Shown: one piece after another, positions 10,534 through 22,054 of the stretch
Layout: the number at the start of each line of letters is the position of its first letter
How positions within the stretch are numbered: the stretch's first letter is position 1
From: Tricharina praecox
Lineage: Eukaryota
Reading direction: 5' to 3'
Assembly (NCBI RefSeq): GCF_024521635.1
Contig: NW_026250446.1
Span: 124,001-161,189 of the forward strand
DNA length: 37,189 nucleotides
The notes under the pieces: generated by a model
What the model was told of the DNA's origin: nothing
The model's input: the letters and a program-made list of their open reading frames with translations, nothing else
Database searches by the model: none
Made by a program: the position numbers and the translations under genes

Positions 10534-11590
10534 GTTACAGCGCAAAAAAGCGGTGTCCGGTCTCGCCTGGGTGGCGCATGTCTGGTCGGCGCCGGTCCGT
10601 CGTGAGTCATCCTTCTCATGGCCGCTTCAATGTTGGTGTGCCGCAACGCCAGGTCGCTTGGTATCTGGCCGCTGTCGAATTGGCCCGGGATTCAAGATTC
10701 GGCCGCGAAGACGGACGGCCCAGAAGGCCGTTGCTCACGGCCGTAGCTGGAAAATGACGTCAATGACACATGTGACATTCAGACATCGCGTGAAATATTA
10801 TGATTTTCCGCCGGACGATATGTGACGCAAACTACACATTCTCTCCGTTTTGGGGAACCGTTTGTATGTGAACGAACAGCATTAGAAACCTACCTGGTTC
10901 CTGGCATAATTGGGATTTGACTGCACACTCAAAACTAGGTTGCGTACTCCTCGCTACGTTGGGAATGTGCATCACAGGGCAGCTAGCCTAAACCAGCGGA
11001 CGTCATGATGTGCTGGGTTCCGCCGTTTCTCGTAGGAGCTTTGGCGTGCACATAAACCCGATGCTGCCTCTGGCGTGGTCACTATGCTTCGTCGGATGAA
11101 CCTATTATTCCTTCCTCCGCCATCAATTCAAACACATTCGACATCCAGAACGAAGGAGCACCAACGAACGAAACCGCGACAGCACAAACATCGCCACGCC
11201 GATATCCACGTCCACAGCGAACGAGACACGACCTGGCTACCACGCCCAGCCAGGACAAAGAGCGCGCTACTCGGATTCCAACCCCATGCAACGCGAGGAG
11301 GACTGCATTGAACACGAAGCTCTTCCAGTCGTCCATCGTGGATGCTAGGGTCAATCTAAGCGAAACACCGCGTTCTAAGTGGTGCCAGTAAGCGGAAGAG
11401 AAAGGCTGCACGGGTGCAGCTACTCAGCCGGCTGGCAGAGCTTGAGAAAATGTTGTGAGGTGTTCGCACTGATGGGAACGAGATTTTTGGAGGCAGACTA
11501 GCATACGCAATACGTTTCGGTGATTGGTTCATGAGTAAATCAGATATAGAGTGATGGATCATGGAGAGTCGAATTAAATGCGATGTGTTC

Positions 11591-12525
11591 TAGCCTGCCG
11601 GGCAAAACTAGCATTTTATAAATGGACCGGCAACCCGGCCACGTGACCGGCCCCCTGCCGAAGTGACTGGATATACGAGTGACAGGACTGTGGGGAATAT
11701 GTATACTCGCAGATTGGTCTACCCGCATACTGGTGAGGAGGCCAGTCTGCTCGCAAATTCCCGGTTCTACTCGGTAACTAAAACGGTTTGGGGTGCTATT
11801 AGAGAAAATAGTTTTCTCGCTACCCTGAAAGAGCCGTTCCTCTTGCCACCGTGAAAGAACCGTTTCTCTTACCACCATGAATAGAAAAATCCACCTTTGC
11901 CACAGTTAATATTCGGCTTCACATCTTCAAGCATCATGCCTTTACATATCACCGCCCGTAATGCGGCCGATTTTGAACTTTCAGATATTGATGGACAGAA
12001 CTGTCCACCAGCCGGCGCCGCTGTTCTACCCATACCGACAACAGGCCGCCACAGTCTCCGCTCAAGTATCCAAACAGCATCTGGCCAGAAAACAGCTCGG
12101 CCTACGAGTAAAACCAATACAACAAAGACCTTCCGGAGCGATGGTATTGTTCAGTGGGATGCTGGAGAGGATGAGGCTGGGCAGGAAGCCGGAGAGGACG
12201 TTCGAGAGGAAGCAGAAGAGTAAGCCATACGGCGGTTGAGAAAGAGAAGGAGGGTGAAGACCTAGGTAACGATGACTTTTAGATTGACTGCATGAGCGCT
12301 GTGTAAAAATTGATTATTGCGTTGATAGAAAAGTCGCCCTATTGTGATGTCCGCGTATCTGCACATAAATTATGCCTGGCAGGCGGGTCTACTTGTATAA
12401 GATTTCACAGCAGGCCGGTCTACCCAAAATATCTTCTGACTCGGCAATCCAATCGGATCGCAGATCCAGTTGCTTGCCCCACGGGCCGGTCTGTTTACGA
12501 AAAACACATTTTGCCCGACAGGCTG
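11591..12525. mobile_element. Non-autonomous TIR DNA element (~935 bp), superfamily unresolved
   Basis: Left TAGCCTGCCGGGCAAAA versus right-end reverse complement CAGCCTGTCGGGCAAAA, with weaker similarity to ~45 bp. Contains a 26-bp duplication at ~11827-11880 and an acidic-tailed ORF fragment. No clear TSD. Confidence 0.55.
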
Positions 12526-13010
12526 GAATAGATATATGATTGATGTAAGACTAGATAACCTTAAGATCTGTTTATTTGTCGATGATGTGATTTCTGTCTT
12601 TTTGTCACGCATGTTTCACCCGTGATCCATCCAACCTCCCGAATTCTATGAACCGCCTGGTTATGTTACCTTGCGGACTTCCTGACTATCGGTAGGACTT
12701 CCAGGAGTATTCCCGGCGTTCGTACCTACAATAATATCACTATTGCTCTCCACTATTCCAAGACACATCACATCACACCTGCCCCCTCATCATCGGGACA
12801 CGCTTTACGAGTCATGATCATTCGTCCTCCATGGAAATAATCGTAAGTGAGATTACAGGGTTTTCAAAGTTACGCGAGTAAAAAAACAAAGATCATCTTC
12901 CAAGCCCCAATCGCGCATATTTCTGAACCCGAACTATCCACTCTCGTCTCAGCATCTAAAATCACTCCGTCCCCCTCCATAACAGACCTCAGGGTGTAAC
13001 GCAGGAGATT

Positions 13011-13202
13011 CTATCCAACGCGCTCGACGCTCGCATACTTGGATCAGCGAGGACAGAAATACTTGCGACCATCAGGGGTCTTCTCGCCCTCGTAGAGGAA
13101 ACAGTGTGTGCAAATGCAGGCGTGGCCGCATGGAATCATCTTGCATCCGATGCCGGTCTCGACCGGTTTGTCGCAATATGGGCAGGTAGTGTGGACCGGC
13201 AT
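13011..13202 (-). pseudogene. RING-finger microprotein paralog with a nonsense codon at the last Cys
   Basis: MPVHTTCPYCDKPVETGIGCKMIPCGHACICTHCFLYEGEKTPDGRKYFCPR*SKYASVERVG*. Colinear with 3766-3957 and the same 192-bp length; TGA at 13044-13046 replaces Cys. Confidence 0.65.
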
Positions 13203-13739
13203 TCGATGCATTAGTGGATATTGTAGGATGTAGTTGTAGAAGATGCACTTGTAGATGGTGGCAGTGGTGAGTAATGTGAAGGCAGTCGTGACCATTGCCG
13301 AGGTGTCAAGGATGTCGCTGTTCATCGTGTCGTGGTCGCAGGTGTCGACTCCATTCTAAATCAACCCTTCCTTTTGTCATATACATTCATGAAACGAGAA
13401 AATTCAGCTATAGCGGTTGGTACCACTCCACTTAGCAGTGAAGTGCTCCAGTCTATCTCCCCGTATCCCAGCCACCGTTCCGGACTCCGGGGAGACGGGC
13501 TGGCGGCGGCCGCAGTGACGATAGGACGAAAGATATGTACGATACCGTAGGTCTTGTGTAAGCGGATGTCGGGAGTGTCTGCTATAGAGTCGGTGCTCGC
13601 TACGCTGTTTTCTCAACAGCAAGCAGAAAGCAATGAGCGATTATTCTAGGCTCGTGATCGGTTGAAGATTTGATAGCAGAGGATGTGGTATTTTCGCAAT
13701 GATGTGGCAAACATGCCGGAAGCTGACCATAGCTATGAA

Positions 13740-13989
13740 AGCTCTGCAAGCACCGAGATATTCGCCGAGCGTTGGGTATTGGCAATGGTCACCTCCACAA
13801 TCTCGAGCGATGTCTTCCAGTGTGCCGCACTTTAAAGCTGCATGCCTTCTCCGTACGGATCACGGTTTTAACCTGATTAGGTACTCATTCGATTTCAGAT
13901 AGCAGGATTTTAATCCTTTCTTCCACAGCCCATCGGAGGAGCTGTTTTCTGAAGTCTTAAAAAGTTTGAAATTGCCGTCCCACAGTCAT
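13740..13989 (-). pseudogene. Degenerate MULE/MuDR transposase N-terminal domain fragment
   Basis: MTVGRQFQTF*DFRKQLLRWAVEE...LKSNE...ACSFKVR/HWKTSLEIVEVTIA, with frameshifts. Resembles the MuDR N-terminal pattern VGxxF...F...L..WA...KS...C.F.V. Confidence 0.45.
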
Positions 13990-15327
13990 AGCAGCAGATG
14001 TTCTAGTAACTACCATGCTGCAGTGGCCCGTGGGTCCGTAGGCGATTATGTTGGATGTGGGACAATGGTCAGATCATGAAACTCGAATTTTGAACAAGGA
14101 TCGAGTGATATGTTGTGTTGTGCAGTGCAGCGCTTGCTGCTGTCATGCCACATCTCTTCATGGGTTGGCACTTTATTTAGGCTATAGAAGGTGCGTGTTG
14201 CAGTTGCAAAGACTGGCTGTTGAGCTTGATAGCTATGTTTTTTACTTGCTTCGGATTCGGGGTCGTGACGACGAATTGAACGGAAATGACCAGCAGTGAT
14301 CATGCTCACCTGAAGGGAATTTGCTCGTCGCGCGTTGGTGGTTAGGTAGGTAATCGAGTGATAGTCATATTTGCGCGCATCAGTCGGACCATGAAGTTTA
14401 AAAGTTGGAACTGGAAAATAAGGAGTGCCCGACATGCTAGGCATGGTAACACTTGCCATCACCCCAAGTCAGAAACAAATGTACGTTTCTAAAGAGGCGT
14501 GAGAATAGCCAATTTGCCTCCCAGAAGAACTTTACAGACTTTCTCACATCATCTCACTCGATGTTTTCTTCATCGACGTATTTCATAAGCACATGGCGCA
14601 TTACACCACACACCTTCTTTCCTAGCATCCCTTGATGAAATGGCAGGAGGCGACGACGCCGAAAGGAACCGGGAACCATGAGTGTGATCCACTAGTGCGC
14701 GGTTCACAAGGGCATCTCGGGAAAGAGGCTAGCGAGTAGATGAAGCTGGCGGTAAACGAACCCGGTGCCCCTTGTGTTGAGTGGCGCGAGTACGGAAAAC
14801 TATAGGGAAGTCGGCATACGTCCACCTGAAGCGCCTGGTCGCAGAGATCAGGTGGAATGAAGCCAAGGTATGGGTAAAGTGCGACGCGACATTTACCGAT
14901 CGCACGATGTCGGAATCTGGCGATGGAAGTGAGACAACTAGCGAATATTACCATGATCTGGATACCTAGGTCCGAACCGTGGTGGAGACATTTTCTTTTT
15001 GTGCGGCTCAGACCTTGCGTAAGTGAGTGACAGTCATGTTTTTGCGCTGCGCGGCGCGAGTCGAACCACGAAATATCAAACGCGGGAAAGAAGAGAGCGG
15101 AGAAAGTACTTGTGACATACCTGACATACCGGTCATCCAACCACTTTATACTACCCTCAACCAGCCGTTTTTCACTGGCACGATTCGCAGTCTTAGATAG
15201 TCCGATCATGACCGATGATAAAGTACATGGATAGCAGCGTCTACTAAATTATGGTGCTAGTATTGAGGAGAGAGAAAATTCTGAAATGGATTCGCTTCGG
15301 TTGCCGATACAAAAGATTACAAAAGAA

Positions 15328-15399
15328 TGGAGGAGCAGGGAATCGAACCCTGGACCGCCTCTATGCTAAAGAGGAATTATACCACTAAACCACACCCCC
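15328..15399 (-). tRNA. tRNA-Ala(AGC), copy 1
   Basis: 72-nt cloverleaf GGGGGTGTGGTTTAGTGGTATAATTCCTCTTTAGCATAGAGGCGGTCCAGGGTTCGATTCCCTGCTCCTCCA. Anticodon stem CCTCT/AGAGG, AGC anticodon, G3:U70 Ala identity pair, downstream T-runs. Confidence 0.96.
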
Positions 15400-15699
15400 A
15401 ACTATAAAACTGATTTTTAGTTATACCCATATAGAGCATGAATATGTGCTTTTGCAGCAATTTTTTGGTGGGTCTGGTCAATCAGCGGACGGCACAACTA
15501 AAAGAAGTGCGAGAAGAGGGACTTCAGCTGGGTCGAGTGGGATTTTCGTCTTCTTTTTCTTCTCCCCGGATTATCATTTACTGAATAAACGGGGAAGCCT
15601 CCACCTCCGCTCTCTCCTCTGTGCGTGCTCCCTTCCACGTCCCACGCTTGTCGGCCTGGAGTTGGCAAAGAGCCCTTGAAAACCCACCACTACTCCTAA

Positions 15700-16111
15700 A
15701 AGCCCGTTTGGATAGCCTGTGTTTTTAGTTCCAGTTTTAAAGCGAAATTCAGTTCGCCGCCGGGACACCAAATACTATCCAGTTCCAATTTCCGGAGAAT
15801 TGTAAAGTAAACAGAGTGTTTCGCAGTTCTCAGATTACTCAGCCAGGAGTCTGAATAATAGGCTTCACCGGAACTTTAATAGTGGACACATTGTGGCCCC
15901 GCTTTTTAACATGGTTGAAGTTAAAATGCGACACTGAGTGGCGGCAAAGAAATGGCCTCTCGAAGTCAGTACCAGTTTCGTCGCTGGACCCGCACAGTTT
16001 CAGTTCTTTTTTTTAATTCTTGTGCCATCCAAACGGGGTCTTGGTTTTATTTGCTCAGTTTCTCAAAAAACTGACAGTTTTCGCTAAAACTGAGGCCATC
16101 CAAACGGTCCC
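15700..16111 (+). mobile_element. PIF/Harbinger (Tourist-like) MITE, copy 1 (412 bp)
   Basis: TIRs AAGCCCGTTTGGATAGCC / GGCCATCCAAACGGTCCC. Perfect 3-bp TSD TAA (15697-15699 and 16112-16114). Non-coding. Confidence 0.9.
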
Positions 16112-16404
16112 TAAAATATCCGTCTACATGCCAATGCTTCTCCAGACGCGGGAGCGGGTCAACAGAACGTGAACACACAAGGGGGGGAGGATATAGAGTT
16201 TAATCGTCTACTCTGTAGATGATGAGAGAGAACGAAGAAGAAGAAGAAGCAGACGACGGAGAGAGCAAGCGACTCGCTGGCCCCGCCAACTTTGGTGCTC
16301 ACTAAGAACTAACCACATCCGCTTCCTCCCGCCGAGAAGCCATCCTCATGCTGCCCCTCTCGCCGAGATCGCTGGTCACAGTGGGGTTGCGTGGTGCTAG
16401 CTTT

Positions 16405-16552
16405 TGATGGTGGGTTTAGATGGTGGGTTTAGATGGTGGTGGTTTGACTGGTGGTGGTTTGACTGGTGGTTGGTTTAAGTGGTGGTGGGGTTGAAACGGC
16501 GAAAAAACTATGGCATTATAGACTTTTCCCAAAAACTATGGCATTATAGACG
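16405..16552. repeat. GT-rich 13-15 bp minisatellite plus a 21-bp direct repeat
   Basis: About 6 units resembling GATGGTGGGTTTA / CTGGTGGTGGTTTGA, followed by AAAAACTATGGCATTATAGAC twice. Confidence 0.75.
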
Positions 16553-16594
16553 TTTGACGATATCTTTATCGGCCATAACCTTAGGGTTCCATGT

Positions 16595-17492
16595 AGTATG
16601 AACAATCCATCAATCATTCAATTGATCGGATATTCCATCGCCTCAGCGGGTGTGAGATCTCAGATATCGCATTCGAAATCGTAGTGGCCTCGTGACCAAG
16701 CTGAGCCCGCTGTAGTGGAATTAGTATTTGTGCCCACCTAAGAAAGGGCGACAGCAACTTACCCATCATCTGAGCTAGCGCAGGACCGTCAGAGCATACA
16801 AACACCATCTTGTACGGACCGTTGTCGGCGGCCTCCTTTGCGAGTGACTGCAGCGTGTATAGAAGTTTCGGGTCTTCCTTGGCGATAACGTCGATGTTAT
16901 CAAATACCAGTACAGCGCGGTGGCCGTGTTCGGCCAGGAGCCTGGTCGCGAATTGTTCGAAGTCTGCGAACAAGGTGTTGAGTCTGACCTAGTCGTTGCT
17001 GTCTATGATCCGTTCCTTCAGCTAAAGACGATAACAGCAATCATGTCGGACTTACCTGGTCGCTTCGCCGACGAAGGAGCGGGCTTGTGCAAGAACACAT
17101 TCAGCCATAACCGTGAAACTCTTCCCAATGAAGAGCTTTCTGGAATGCTGTGTTGAGCGTAGTGGCGATATTTGTGTCTCCCTCGTTTACTGACACATAG
17201 ATAACCCCAGGAAGAGTGTCGGCAACCTTCTCAACTTTGGTGGACTTGCCCGTTGCACGGTTGCCAACGATCACATCGTAATTTTTGCCGTGGTCAGCGT
17301 CCCCGCGGTCAGCGTTTTCTTAACCAAGTTAAATACAGCCGGACGTGCCACGAAATCGTCAGGGCCGGAAACTACAGTTGGCCGGAAGGCGGCGTATATG
17401 TTTTTCTGCCGCTGTTTGTCGCGCCAGTAGGCGTATCCGACGTCCGCAGTGACAAAAGCGACCTCAAAACAACCCATCTCAAACAGAGGCAT
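16595..17492 (-). pseudogene. P-loop (AAA/ATPase_2-like) NTPase pseudogene
   Basis: Walker A IVGNRATGKST, Walker B VLVFDNID, downstream MVFVCSDG and SAWSR. Two GTAAGT...AG introns. Frameshifts and in-frame TAG/TGA stops. 5' end uncertain. Confidence 0.7.
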
Positions 17493-18302
17493 TCTAGTAC
17501 TTGAAGGTTATAAAAGGGATAAAGGCGAGCGTTTACCATTCTCGCCGCGCCTCTTTGAACCAATTCTGCGTTCTGGAGCCAGCACTGCCACTGGCAGTAG
17601 TCGCATATTGTGCGCGAGCAACAGTATTGGAGCCGCCCCGGAGGAGGCCCAAAGACAGGTGGCTCCGGTAGGCGTGACGAAACATGTTGATCAACGCGGG
17701 TGTTGACTGTTTGCGCAGAGGGTTTGTTCAGGAAGGTCGGTATTGAAAGCAGCGAAAAGGGAACGAAAAATGGTACTATTAGTAGGGAATTCGAGACGGT
17801 TTTGGTGTGTCTAGCGAACGTGGAGGATACACCGTGGGCAATGTTAGAGGATGAAGCACGAGAGAGGGCGGTGATAGAAATACGAAGAGTCGGGGAAGGT
17901 GGGGGTCCAGGAAGGTGGATGGTGCGTGTCAAATATTAGTCACCCAGTGGCGTCGGCATGAATACGGTATCGCGGTGGAAGGTTGAGGGCGAGTATCGAC
18001 GGCCGCGGCGGACCGTCGACGAGTATATGGTTACGCGGCGGCGGCCAACTTTGATTGGCGCAGTGGCCAACCTTGGGCGGCGGCCAACTTTAGCCGGCAG
18101 CCAACTTTATGCGGCACCTGAGTCTTAAAAGTTAAAGAGAGGTCTCGCCAGAGACGATAGGTTCTTCTGTTTTTCTTAGGTATCGAATAAATTATAATTT
18201 GTCTCTTCTCGTCTACCCAAATATTCCGAAACGTTGAGTTAGATAGCTGGAGCCGCAACAAAAGCAGAGGCTTCGGAAGCTGCACGTATCATACACCACT
18301 AA

Positions 18303-18702
18303 GGGCCCGTTTGGATGGCCTCAGTATCAGCGAAAACTGTCAGTTTTTCGAGAAACTGAGCAAATAAAACCAAGACCCCGTTTGGATGGCACAAGAATTA
18401 AAAAAAAGAACTGAAACTGTGCGGGTCCAGCGACGAAACTGGTACTGACTTCGAGAGGCCATTTCTTTGCCGCCACTCAGTGTCGCATTTTAACTTCAAC
18501 CATGTTAAAAAGCGGGGCCACAATGTGTCCACTATTAAAGTTCCGGTGAAGCCTATTATTCAGATTCCAGGCTGAGTAATCTGAGAACTGCGAAACACTC
18601 TGTTCTCCGGAAACTGAAACTGGACAGATATCGGTGTCCCGTCGGGGAACTGAATTTCGCTCTAAAGCTGGAACTGAAAACTGAGGCCATTCAAACAGGC
18701 CC
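18303..18702 (-). mobile_element. PIF/Harbinger MITE, copy 2 (400 bp)
   Basis: GGGCCCGTTTGGATGGCC...GGCCATTCAAACAGGCCC. Near-identical inverted copy of 19835-20234. Flanks TAA and TTT. Confidence 0.92.
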
Positions 18703-19446
18703 TTTGGTAGTTAAACGTAGGAATCGTACGAGGGACTCACTGAGGGGGCGTCAATAGTCGGCGCGCTGGAAGTTGTTCCGGGAAGTTTAACCGTTTACAT
18801 GGCAACAGCCGCATCTGCCAAAAAGAAACCAAAAAGGGAACACCTGACAACTCTTAAAAATGCAACTTCACCACCCGGCAACGACTAGTATTAGTATCCA
18901 CCTGTTCCTTTCCACTACGAGGATCAGTCACTGCCGGTGGTTGGTTATGCATATTCTGAGACAGGCTATCTGCTGGTGGAGTCTGGATGGCGGCTGTGGC
19001 CGCTATGTTTAACTTCAAAGTTAAGACTGAAGATTAGTCGCCACTCGTGAGAGTTTGGTGCACTGGAGCTTGATTTCCATACAAAACCTAGTGTTTCCTC
19101 TTGTTAAGGATCACTACACCAACATCGGGCCAGGAAATCAAGGTTGGGAGAGGTACGTAGGCTGTACCTTTTCCACTCCCCATACTCTCCATATATTTCC
19201 AGGCATGCTTTGATAATAGCTGATAGCATCGGGGGTGTGGTTTGTTGGTACGCCCCGCTTCGATGGCCTTCGGTCGGCCGCCCAACCGACTTCGTGAGAA
19301 TAGGTGTGTCGTGAATAGAAGATATATAGGAAGTGGTGTGGTCAGTAATGGGATTAATATGGATTGCGTTGCGAGAATAGAAGACAAATAGAACTGATGC
19401 CGATGACATACCTCGTATGTTTCACCGCGCGCCTTTTTACACAATC

Positions 19447-19518
19447 GGGGGTGTGGTTTAGTGGTATAATTCCTCTTTAGCATAGAGGCGGTCCAGGGTT
19501 CGATTCCCTGCTCCTCCA
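19447..19518 (+). tRNA. tRNA-Ala(AGC), copy 2
   Basis: Identical 72-nt sequence to copy 1, followed by TTCTTTTT (Pol III terminator). Confidence 0.96.
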
Positions 19519-19820
19519 TTCTTTTTCATTTCTCTTTGCAAGTGCAACTGAAACGAATCCTTCTCAGAATATTAATTATATCCTCACTGAAGTAGAATAC
19601 ATACGGGCACCTCAGACCTAGGCGGCACCGTCATATGCCCCAAGCCTTCTGGCCATCTATATAGCGTGTATATATGGAAGGCTCGCTGTCTAGGTTACGA
19701 GAAGAATCAGAAATAAGGCTTCCATCGCAATACTCCTACAAATGTATTTAAATGTCTTTGTAACAGGTAGGCGTTTTCAACAAAACCACAAGTAGCTACG
19801 TACGGACCCTACCATCAACT

Positions 19821-19834
19821 GGGGGTGTGGTTTA
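19821..19834 (+). pseudogene. tRNA-Ala 5' fragment interrupted by a MITE
   Basis: GGGGGTGTGGTTTA directly abuts MITE copy 3. The ~200 bp upstream is homologous to the region upstream of the intact tRNA at 26528. Confidence 0.8.
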
Positions 19835-20234
19835 GGGCCCGTTTGGATGGCCTCAGTTTTCAGTTCCAGTTTTAGAGCGAAATTCAGTTCCCCGACGGGA
19901 CACCGATATCTGTCCAGTTTCAGTTTCCGGAGAACAGAGTGTTTCGCAGTTCTCAGATTACTCAGCCTGGAATCTGAATAATAGGCTTCACCGGAACTTT
20001 AATAGTGGACACATTGTGGCCCCGCTTTTTAACATGGTTGAAGTTAAAATGCGACACTGAGTGGCGGCAAAGAAATGGCCTCTCGAAGTCAGTACCAGTT
20101 TCGTCGCTGGACCCGCACAGTTTCAGTTCTTTTTTTTAATTCTTGTGCCATCCAAACGGGGTCTTGGTTTTATTTGCTCAGTTTCTCGAAAAACTGACAG
20201 TTTTCGCTAATACTGAGGCCATCCAAACGGGCCC
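19835..20234 (+). mobile_element. PIF/Harbinger MITE, copy 3 (400 bp)
   Basis: Perfect TIRs GGGCCCGTTTGGATGGCCTCAGT. Flanks TTA and TCA. Confidence 0.93.
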
Positions 20235-20959
20235 TCAGTAGTGCACGCCGTTCACGAGCGGAGTATTTGTAAGGGGCGTTGTCGATGCAGTGGTAGCGGT
20301 TTTGGTGTCGTTCTTACGGCGATGACTCGCCTCCTGGAGGCTGTGCGATCTTTGGCCAGTGGCCACGGCGGGATGTCCAGGGGCTCGACAGCTTGATGTA
20401 GAGGTCGTATCATGTCGAACTCATCGTGTACGTCATCAAGGCATGGATTATGCTACAAGCTTTTCTTTCTGTTTCCTTCCAGGTATATGCTCTTCAAACA
20501 ATATCGTGACCAGCTCTCTCTCTCTCTATAGGCACAAGCTTTATAAACCAGAGTATCCTAAATCTGTGTACCTGATCCTGCGGAAGGGAGGTCTTCCGTG
20601 CTCGCGTTACGAACCTCGTCATCTCCAGACGTCCGATATCCTGTCACTGACCTAATGTACCTACCACAATCAACATTCATTCCGCCAGGATGCGCAACTT
20701 GAGACCCGAGGTTGCAGATCAATATGGCCTTCTTTCCCTCGGCCTGCTCGACCGGATCCGTCACATTTCCCTCTTCATCCTTAGCAAACGAGCCAATGCT
20801 TTTTTACGCCGCAACGGTCAGAATGTCACTCTATCTTCAATGTTTTGTCAAGCGGATCTGAGCGATCGAGTGAGGGAGAGATGGAGATGTGATTGCTAAA
20901 TATAGAACAAAAGAGAGGACAAAAGAGAGAGTATTTGGAGAGATACAAAAAACCAATCC

Positions 20960-21015
20960 CAAGATATCCGTCCGTCCACAAGATATCCGTCCGTCCACAA
21001 GATATCTGTCCGTCA
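20960..21015. repeat. About 3 x 19-bp tandem repeat
   Basis: CAAGATATCCGTCCGTCCA twice, then a degenerate third copy. Confidence 0.85.
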
Positions 21016-22054
21016 CATCTTATCCGTCCGTTCCCACCGTTATTCCACAACTCGGTCTATTGATGCCTGAGGACATTAAACTAGATCACCAACACAATAG
21101 GCTTAGACGAGAGAAAACCAAGGGGGAGAAAAACAGCATTCCCATAAAAAGTAGTGTACACTGCCGTGATCTAGTACATAGCTCGCGCACACATCCTAAT
21201 AATTTAAAACAAACAAAAGAGGCACATAAGAGGAAGGTGGCGAGGTTCCGATGTCAACGCCCGCGTTTTCTGACCCCAAAACGGCAGGCGACGTGACTGG
21301 TCTTTTAGCTCCCGCTGGAACACGTCGGTAATCATGGTATCTCTCGGTGATTTCTTCTGTATCATCGTCTTTGCACTGCACCTTATTGAACTGTAGTAGT
21401 TACATACATCGCCTTTCTTGCTCCCTCGGCCCTCAACCATTGGGCACCGACTCGTTGTGTGCTCGGATAAGATGGAAGGCCGGCGGATGTTGCAGCTTTC
21501 TCGGAGGCGGCGTTTGATTTCATTTCCACGGCAACTTCCGGAGCCTCGGCATACGTTTGGGGGTCGGCTTCGACAGAATGACCAAAGGCAGGCTGGGAAG
21601 ATCACAGTAGGTACAGCATTCGTTGGCGCGGTTGCATTGGCACGCTTAGGCTGTATGGGTACCTTTCTTCGATCTCGACGCGTTCGTCAGCGAGAGGCAG
21701 AGCATTGCCGGATTGACTACCACCCGGTTTCTGATTAGTGGTCATTGCGACGATGGTGGAGCACGTCATTACTGTTCCGTGTTGGCTCAAAATTTCGTCT
21801 TCGGAGTTTTCTCGTTCCCGTGCCTACGCCGGCAGCTGAGCGCGGGATGCCGGCCGCCAAGACAACGTTGGACGGCGAATGCCGGGTAGTTACACCACGC
21901 GACGTGACGGCCAACGCACACTAGTGTGCTACTCTACCTATCCCAAGCTAACCGATGAACTTCTTCCTCACAAAACCCACTCGCGACATTACCTCCGTGC
22001 CAATCCCTCACAACCTCCACAACCTCCACGACATCGCGACCCCCCCATTCAAGC

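Noticed and set aside
9995..10825. 276-aa Phe/Ser-rich ORF suggestive of an env-like or membrane protein after Copia pol
   Set aside because: The hydrophobicity comes from CT-rich 3' UTR repeats, and the frame runs through the LTR into flanking DNA.
13044..13046. Selenocysteine or UGA recoding at the RING Cys position
   Set aside because: Ascomycetes are not known to have Sec machinery and no SECIS was recognised. A single nonsense substitution is far simpler.
19088..19519. 143-aa ORF beginning MEEQGIEPW
   Set aside because: Starts in the antisense strand of tRNA-Ala and has no domain features.
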